Under the pieces are notes generated by a model that had not been told where the DNA came from, did no database searches, and saw only the letters and a list, made by a program, of their open reading frames with translations. The translations under genes were made by a program, and so were the position numbers. DNA of 27,792 bases from a virus (lineage: Duplodnaviria > Caudoviricetes), in IMG/VR virus record IMGVR_UViG_3300009424_000045, positions 1 to 27,792 of that record; one strand, 5' to 3'. How positions within the stretch are numbered: the first letter of the stretch is position 1; each line of letters begins with the position of its first letter. Shown piece after piece: positions 16,540-21,211 of the stretch.

Positions 16540-16583
16540 CACTTCTTGCCCTTCTTCTTCTTCGACTTGCGCTTGTAAGGCAT
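16539..16583 (-). CDS. Lys-rich micropeptide, 14 aa (MPYKRKSKKKKGKK)
   Basis: Strong RBS AGGAGG-ACTT-ATG; 8 Lys (all AAG) and 1 Arg; too short for the ORF track. Confidence 0.6.
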   Translation of the reverse strand: MPYKRKSKKKKGKK

Positions 16584-16594
16584 AAGTCCTCCTG

Positions 16595-16780
16595 GTTACG
16601 CGGGGTGCCGTCAGCCCGGGGTATCCGGCGGTCACTTGCAGCGGCCCGATCCGCGTGCCTGATTTGGTAGGGCACCGGGCCTGACCCCGGATCACCTTCC
16701 CGCAAGGTTCGCGCCTTGCTTCCAACTAACTTGAGGGCGTTTCTCCGATCCCGACCGGCGCTATTGCACAAGCTGTTGCC
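16595..16780 (-). ncRNA. Candidate structured RNA with a permuted tRNA-like domain
   Basis: No credible ORF between promoter and micropeptide RBS; arms CCGGG/CCCGG, TGCC(C)T-ACCAAATC-AGGCA and GCGG/CCGC are closed by CTTGCG/TGCAAG. Confidence 0.45.
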
Positions 16781-16782
16781 CC

Positions 16783-16812
16783 CTGATAGCAAGCGGACGG
16801 CGAGAATGTCAA
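16783..16812 (-). promoter_or_regulatory. Sigma70-type promoter for the RNA cassette
   Basis: Minus strand TTGACA-N18-TATCAG with a TGn extension; the -35 overlaps the upstream stop codon. Confidence 0.6.
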
Positions 16813-17081
16813 TGGGGCTTGCGTTCCCCGCTCTCGTAGAACTCCCGCCCGTCCCAGCTGTTATGGACCAGGCACATGGCCCCGCGCCCTTCGTCCACGT
16901 AAACGGGGTGGCACCAGCATTCCTCGTCCAGCTGGTGCGGTCGATCATCGAGCGTCGGCAAGGCGTGGAACACAACTGGGCCTGCCGCGTCAACGTGGAA
17001 CATGGGCAACGTAATCCAACCCCACTCGTGGTCTTGTTCCTCGAAAAGCAGGGGGCAAACGGGATAGGGGCTAATCCGCAC
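16809..17081 (-). CDS. Small His/Cys metal-binding phage protein
   Basis: H...CWCHP...VHNSWDGRE motif; start uncertain (GTG 17081 or ATG 17003). Confidence 0.6.
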   Translation of the reverse strand: MRISPYPVCPLLFEEQDHEWGWITLPMFHVDAAGPVVFHALPTLDDRPHQLDEECWCHPVYVDEGRGAMCLVHNSWDGREFYESGERKPH

Positions 17082-17325
17082 AACCGCAGATCCCTGTCTC
17101 GTCGCCGCAGACATGACAACGCGGGTGGCCGGTGCCTCGGTTGCAGGCGGCGCAGTAGCTGGCAACTGAGACCCCGTGTTGGCAGGTGTCCCAGTCGTCC
17201 AGGACGCCGTCCTCGATCCCGAGAAGCTCACAATAGTCGGAGGCGTTCATGCGACGGGCCAGGTTCTTGAAGTTCTGTTGTGTCCTTTCCCTCGGCTCAA
17301 AGCCCGGTCCCCAACGCCTACCCAT
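17071..17325 (-). CDS. Cys-rich putative zinc-finger protein, 84 aa
   Basis: ATG overlaps the upstream TAA (TAATG), GGAGG RBS; CQHG...CAAC...CHVC...CGC. Confidence 0.65.
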   Translation of the reverse strand: MGRRWGPGFEPRERTQQNFKNLARRMNASDYCELLGIEDGVLDDWDTCQHGVSVASYCAACNRGTGHPRCHVCGDETGICGCAD

Positions 17326-17840
17326 TAGACCCTCCACCCCGGCATGGGCCGCCCTGTCCACACGGGTGGGCGCTTGTCGAGCAGCCAGCGGGCGCTGAGG
17401 TAAAGGCGATAGGCTTCGAGTGTGTCGGGAACGTCTCGGAAGTCAAGGCCAAGCGCCTGGTTACTGGCTGCGTTGTGGAACGTGAAGGCGGGCGGCTTGT
17501 CGCGCTTGCACCACTCCATCCTGCCGAAGCGGACGCGGTGGTCGGCGATCATGGCGTCCAAGTATTGCTCACTCACGCAGCGCCGTCCATAGGTCTTGGT
17601 GTAGAGAAGGTTGCAGGCGAGGGCATAATGCCAGCCCCAAAGCCATTGCCGCGGATCGGCAGCGAGCCATTGGATCAGGCCGTGCTCCGGCTGGTGCACA
17701 CCATAGGGCGCGGGGAGATCCAGGACGGCGCATGCCGTGCTCAGGATAATGACCGCCTCCGATGCCTGCCGGACCAGGCGCTTGTCGTCCAACGCCTCGG
17801 CCGAGGCCCAAGGGCTGTTGCTAGTGGGGAATATGTTCAC
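17325..17840 (-). CDS. Pyrimidine-dimer DNA glycosylase/endonuclease V-like (Pyr_excise) protein
   Basis: N-terminus MNIFPTSNSPWASAEALDDKRLVRQASE and C-terminal EAYRLY...PVWT-RPMPGW are typical of this family. Confidence 0.75.
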   Translation of the reverse strand: MNIFPTSNSPWASAEALDDKRLVRQASEAVIILSTACAVLDLPAPYGVHQPEHGLIQWLAADPRQWLWGWHYALACNLLYTKTYGRRCVSEQYLDAMIADHRVRFGRMEWCKRDKPPAFTFHNAASNQALGLDFRDVPDTLEAYRLYLSARWLLDKRPPVWTGRPMPGWRV

Positions 17841-18172
17841 AGCGAATCCTCTGGCTCGATCTGGTCGAGCGTGTCGCGGATCATCTGACCGATGATCGCC
17901 TGCAACTGCTCGGCCGTCTCAGCGATATCCTTGCCGATGATGGCGTGGATGGCAAGGGCGAACCCCGGCAAGTCAACGATGCCCTCGCCGTCCAACGTGT
18001 AGGTCTCGTCCCAGTCCTCCAGCGTCGGATAATCGATGCCGACGTCCGGATCTGCGGGTGACCAATATGTTGGCTCGATCTCGACCTCCATGGTCGGCCA
18101 GCAGCCGGGATCGGCATCGTCGGTGAGCGTCAAACGCTCGCAAAGGTTTTCCAGGTCAACAGCTTCGCTCAT
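17837..18172 (-). CDS. Highly acidic hypothetical protein, 111 aa
   Basis: ATG at 18172 with GGAAGGA RBS; about 28 Asp/Glu versus 3 Lys/Arg by hand count. Confidence 0.7.
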   Translation of the reverse strand: MSEAVDLENLCERLTLTDDADPGCWPTMEVEIEPTYWSPADPDVGIDYPTLEDWDETYTLDGEGIVDLPGFALAIHAIIGKDIAETAEQLQAIIGQMIRDTLDQIEPEDSL

Positions 18173-18185
18173 GTGTGGTTCCTTC

Positions 18186-18365
18186 CTAGATGAGGCGTTC
18201 GCCAACGTAGAACAGCGCAAGGCCAAAGGCAACCATCCCGGACGTCCCAAGGACGCGGTCGAAGAAGCCCTTGCCCCACGGGTGCGAGCTGAGCCCGGAC
18301 ACCAGCAGGACGAAGGACGCCGCGTAGAGGATCAGCAGGACGACGATCAGCGGCAGGTGTCCCAT
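18186..18365 (-). CDS. Small two-TM membrane protein
   Basis: 59 aa with two hydrophobic helices; start overlaps the upstream stop. Confidence 0.65.
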   Translation of the reverse strand: MGHLPLIVVLLILYAASFVLLVSGLSSHPWGKGFFDRVLGTSGMVAFGLALFYVGERLI

Positions 18366-19042
18366 CACCCCTGCCCTCCCCAGCCATAGATCGCTTCGTA
18401 GTCGTCTTTGCTCAGCCCAACATCAGCGCCGGGATCGTCCTGGCCCGTCTGCATGATCTCGTCCAGGATCTGCTGCCCGTCCTCGAAAACTTCCGACGGC
18501 AACAGATCGACCATCCGGACGGCGAGGACGAGCGCGGAGGCGTGCTCCCACCCAATCAGATCGCCGCGTGTTGTTTTGCCGCGCAGCATGTCCTGGACAA
18601 TGCGCTCGGTCAACGTGTGGAGGAGCTGGTGAATGGCAGGGGTGAGAAGCTCAACATTCGTCCCGAGGTTGTCGCCGTTCATGGCGAACCGAAGGGCGTC
18701 CATTCGTTCCTCGAACTCGACCTTGATGCTGTCGGAGGGAGGGGCGGGGGGCTCGTCGGCAAGCGGCTCATCGGTGGGGAGGACGATCCCGTGGATATCG
18801 TTGCCGGAGATGCGGGCGACCACAGTCTTGCCGATCAGCTCGTCCGTGTCGCTCACTACGGTGAGGCCTGCGCCAAGGACGAGACGCCCTAGCTTGACCT
18901 GAGCGACCTCTCGGGCCACCTCGTCCTCATGGTTTAGGTAGCAAGCATAGGGGACATCCGCGCCGGCGACGTCTAGCATAAAGACGAAGCCGTCCGGAAC
19001 TGAGGTGCAGCCCTTGATTGTTGCTTGATAGTCGATGGCCAT
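18365..19042 (-). CDS. Hypothetical protein with a degenerate DUF669/SSB-like N-terminal domain
   Basis: ATG at 19042 with GGGAG RBS; LNHEDEVAREVAQVKLGRLVLGAGLTVVSDTDELIGK aligns by eye with the DUF669 SSB at 25484. Confidence 0.65.
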   Translation of the reverse strand: MAIDYQATIKGCTSVPDGFVFMLDVAGADVPYACYLNHEDEVAREVAQVKLGRLVLGAGLTVVSDTDELIGKTVVARISGNDIHGIVLPTDEPLADEPPAPPSDSIKVEFEERMDALRFAMNGDNLGTNVELLTPAIHQLLHTLTERIVQDMLRGKTTRGDLIGWEHASALVLAVRMVDLLPSEVFEDGQQILDEIMQTGQDDPGADVGLSKDDYEAIYGWGGQG

Positions 19043-19043
19043 G

Positions 19044-19754
19044 TTACTTGCTCCCGAGCTTGAGGGTCGATGCCGAAGAAGCCTGCCGGTGCAGGCCGAT
19101 GGAACCCGCAGCGGCGCGGCTGAGGCTGTCCGAGACACCACGCGACGTCCGCGCCGGGGCGAGATCCGGGTAAAGCGCCAGGAACTTTGCTTCGACCTGG
19201 TCGAGGATCACCAGTGCATTGCGCCCTGCTGCCGTCGCCGGGGCCGATGCCTTGTTCTCGACAACGAGACGCCAGATGCGGCTGATGAGTGCCGCGGCAA
19301 CGCGCTTAGCCTGCCCCTGCTCGCTCATGCCCGTGATGGCGGACAACGCCTTGGCGTGCTGCTTGACCTGCGCCACGATCCAAGGATACATGAGCTCGGC
19401 CGTGATGACCGCGGACTCCCGCCCCACCAGCTCAACTCGCCACATGGGGGCGCGTCCGCCGCGGCCGTTGGCATCGTAGCCATCGAAGCAGTAGGCGCTG
19501 CGAGCCCCGTAGAGCGCGCCGACGGCGCAGTAAAGCTTCCACTTCCATGCGTGGCCGCCCTCGGCCTGCCGATAACCGAAGTGCTGGATGATCGGATCAT
19601 CCGCGCCGACGAGGTCGGCGACGTCCAGCTGGTATTGCTCCAGCATCGCGTGTGCCTTGGCCAGGAACGCCTCGGCTTCGTGCTCGTTATCCGTGCCGCT
19701 GGCCTTCGCCAGCAGGGCCATGATCGTGGCCTTGATCTTGTCTGATGCCTTCAT
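19044..19754 (-). CDS. DUF2786-domain protein
   Basis: KIKATIMALLAKASGTDNEHEAEAFLAKAHAMLEQYQL is the DUF2786 signature; AAGGAG RBS. Confidence 0.85.
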   Translation of the reverse strand: MKASDKIKATIMALLAKASGTDNEHEAEAFLAKAHAMLEQYQLDVADLVGADDPIIQHFGYRQAEGGHAWKWKLYCAVGALYGARSAYCFDGYDANGRGGRAPMWRVELVGRESAVITAELMYPWIVAQVKQHAKALSAITGMSEQGQAKRVAAALISRIWRLVVENKASAPATAAGRNALVILDQVEAKFLALYPDLAPARTSRGVSDSLSRAAAGSIGLHRQASSASTLKLGSK

Positions 19755-19780
19755 CTGTGTGCTCCTTCGTTGTTGCTATA

Positions 19781-19808
19781 CCCTTGTCCGCGAGATTGCG
19801 GACAAGGG
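19781..19808. promoter_or_regulatory. 11-bp inverted repeat upstream of the DUF2786 gene
   Basis: CCCTTGTCCGC-GAGATT-GCGGACAAGGG. Confidence 0.5.
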
Positions 19809-19819
19809 CAACCAATTTC

Positions 19820-19936
19820 TTAGATGGCCGCGTTGGCCTTGCGGTAATCGGCCTCTGCGGCCTTGTGGAAGTAGCCGTGGCCGAAGCTGCCGCGCTGGAG
19901 CATCTCGACCGGGGTCAGCTGGGGCGAGAAGCTCAT
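19820..19936 (-). pseudogene. 38-aa ORF, probable truncated remnant of a conserved family
   Basis: MSFSPQLTPVEMLQRGSFGHGYF resembles the FxPxLTPxEMLxxGxFGGxY N-terminus of a longer hypothetical family; ATGA overlap with the upstream ORF. Confidence 0.4.
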
Positions 19937-20034
19937 ACGAGCCACAGATACCAGCCGGTCGCCGCACCGATGAGAAGCCCCCCGGCGATCTCGGGCATGT
20001 GATGGAAAAGCAGGATTTTGATCCAAGGGCGCAT
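19933..20034 (-). CDS. Small single-TM protein, 33 aa (MRPWIKILLFHHMPEIAGGLLIGAATGWYLWLV)
   Basis: GAAGGA RBS; hydrophobic; below the ORF-track size cutoff. Confidence 0.55.
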   Translation of the reverse strand: MRPWIKILLFHHMPEIAGGLLIGAATGWYLWLV

Positions 20035-20086
20035 TGTGTGTTCCTTCGATGTTGGCGGGGGCACCTGGCCCCCGCTGGTTGATCGA

Positions 20087-20473
20087 TCAGCCCCGCAGCC
20101 ACTTCTGATACTGGGTGCGGGCGGTGTAATAGGCGACCCCGTCGCGGACGGCCTTGGCGATGAAGTCCTTGCGCTTGAGCGTCACGCCGCGTTCCTCGGC
20201 TTCGGCCTCATACTCGGAAAACATATCGTGCACCAGCGAGGTGATGCCTTCCGGCTCCTCCGAGCGGCGGCGAAGAGCGACACCCTTGTAAATCCGGCTC
20301 TTGACCACAGGGGCGGCGACCTTGTCGAGCTTGATCGAGAAGGTGCCATCTTCGTTGGCGACAATGTAGCGGTCGAAGATCTGCGCGCTGTCCAGGCCCT
20401 CGGCCAGGCGCTGCTGGGCGCGACGGAAGCCACGGATTGCGGTGGCCTTGATGGTGTAGCTCTGGTTCGTCAT
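20087..20473 (-). CDS. Hypothetical phage protein with a C-terminal helical motif (possibly DNA-binding)
   Basis: ATG at 20473 with AAGGAG RBS; 128 aa; C-terminal RKDFIAKAVRDGVAYYTARTQYQKW motif. Confidence 0.75.
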   Translation of the reverse strand: MTNQSYTIKATAIRGFRRAQQRLAEGLDSAQIFDRYIVANEDGTFSIKLDKVAAPVVKSRIYKGVALRRRSEEPEGITSLVHDMFSEYEAEAEERGVTLKRKDFIAKAVRDGVAYYTARTQYQKWLRG

Positions 20474-20508
20474 TGACTTGCTCCTTGCTTCGTTGTTGAT
20501 GTCCCCTT

Positions 20509-20973
20509 TTACGGACCAAAGAGGCCTTCGGCTACAAGAAAAGTATCCCCGGCGATCTTTTTTATCTCGACCTCGGCGCGCTTCTCGAACCACACGATGA
20601 AGCTCTCCCAGTCGATGTCTGCCACGACCCTGAGCAATCGCCCCTGCTCGATCACCAGCCGCGAGAACATCCGGACACGCCATTGGCCGCCATGCTGCTT
20701 CCAGATCAGGATCGGCTCTCGCTCGTCGGTCGCCTGCCGGAGAGTCTGCGCCCACCAGCTTCCGAGGCTGACCTGCTTGTGATGCTTGATCTCGATGGCG
20801 AGCCAATCGAGGCCGTCCAGATCGAACCCGCCCTGCTGGACCTGCTTCAAGTTGCGCTGCAACCTGGCCACAGGAACGCCTGCTTGCCCACACACGAGCG
20901 CCAAGCTCTCATTCAATCGGCGCGCCACGTCTCGCTCGGCCCTTTTCCCTTTCTGAATTGATAGCGATCCCAT
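20509..20973 (-). CDS. Holliday junction resolvase-like PD-(D/E)xK nuclease
   Basis: KGKRAERDVA...GGFDL...AIEIK...WWAQ...PILIWKQ...WRV; AAGGAG RBS. Confidence 0.8.
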   Translation of the reverse strand: MGSLSIQKGKRAERDVARRLNESLALVCGQAGVPVARLQRNLKQVQQGGFDLDGLDWLAIEIKHHKQVSLGSWWAQTLRQATDEREPILIWKQHGGQWRVRMFSRLVIEQGRLLRVVADIDWESFIVWFEKRAEVEIKKIAGDTFLVAEGLFGP

Positions 20974-20983
20974 ATCCTGCTCC

Positions 20984-21211
20984 TTTGTTTAATGATGTTT
21001 AAGTTGCCCTTAAACAAAAGTATCATTGAAATACAATAATTTATCATCATTTGTTTAATGTTTAATGTGTTTAATGATATTGCCCCCTTTTCATCGTGTA
21101 TCTGATCTGTCCCTGTTTGTGTGTTTATTCATTAAACACGTTAAACACATTAAACATGGGGGTTTTCAATGGGTTAGTCATTAAACAGCCCATTAAACAA
21201 CATTAAACAAG
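20984..21211. repeat. AT-rich iteron array, probable replication origin
   Basis: 12 exact TGTTTAA/TTAAACA heptamers in about 225 bp, arranged with dyad symmetry, directly downstream of the primase-helicase; the most AT-rich tract in the window. Confidence 0.8.

Noticed and set aside
16595-16690. HDV-like or hammerhead ribozyme, or SRP RNA
   Set aside because: A GGCCCGG/CCGGGCT helix and GGTCAGGCCCGG are present, but the P1.1/P3/J4-2, CUGANGA-GAAA and GGAA-GCAG cores are missing.
16665-16783. Canonical tRNA gene (GGGGCA...TGCCCT-ACCA)
   Set aside because: No TTCRA T-loop, no 7-nt anticodon loop, too long, and the 5' strand abuts the predicted -10; kept only as a tRNA-like RNA candidate.
16235-17119. 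294-aa minus-strand ORF (also 16050-16238 and the long form of 16447-16725)
   Set aside because: They run through the tmRNA, a promoter and better-supported small genes, with Arg/Ser-rich non-coding-like composition.
20984-21211. CRISPR array
   Set aside because: Repeats are 7-9 bp, in both orientations, with irregular short spacing; this fits iterons.
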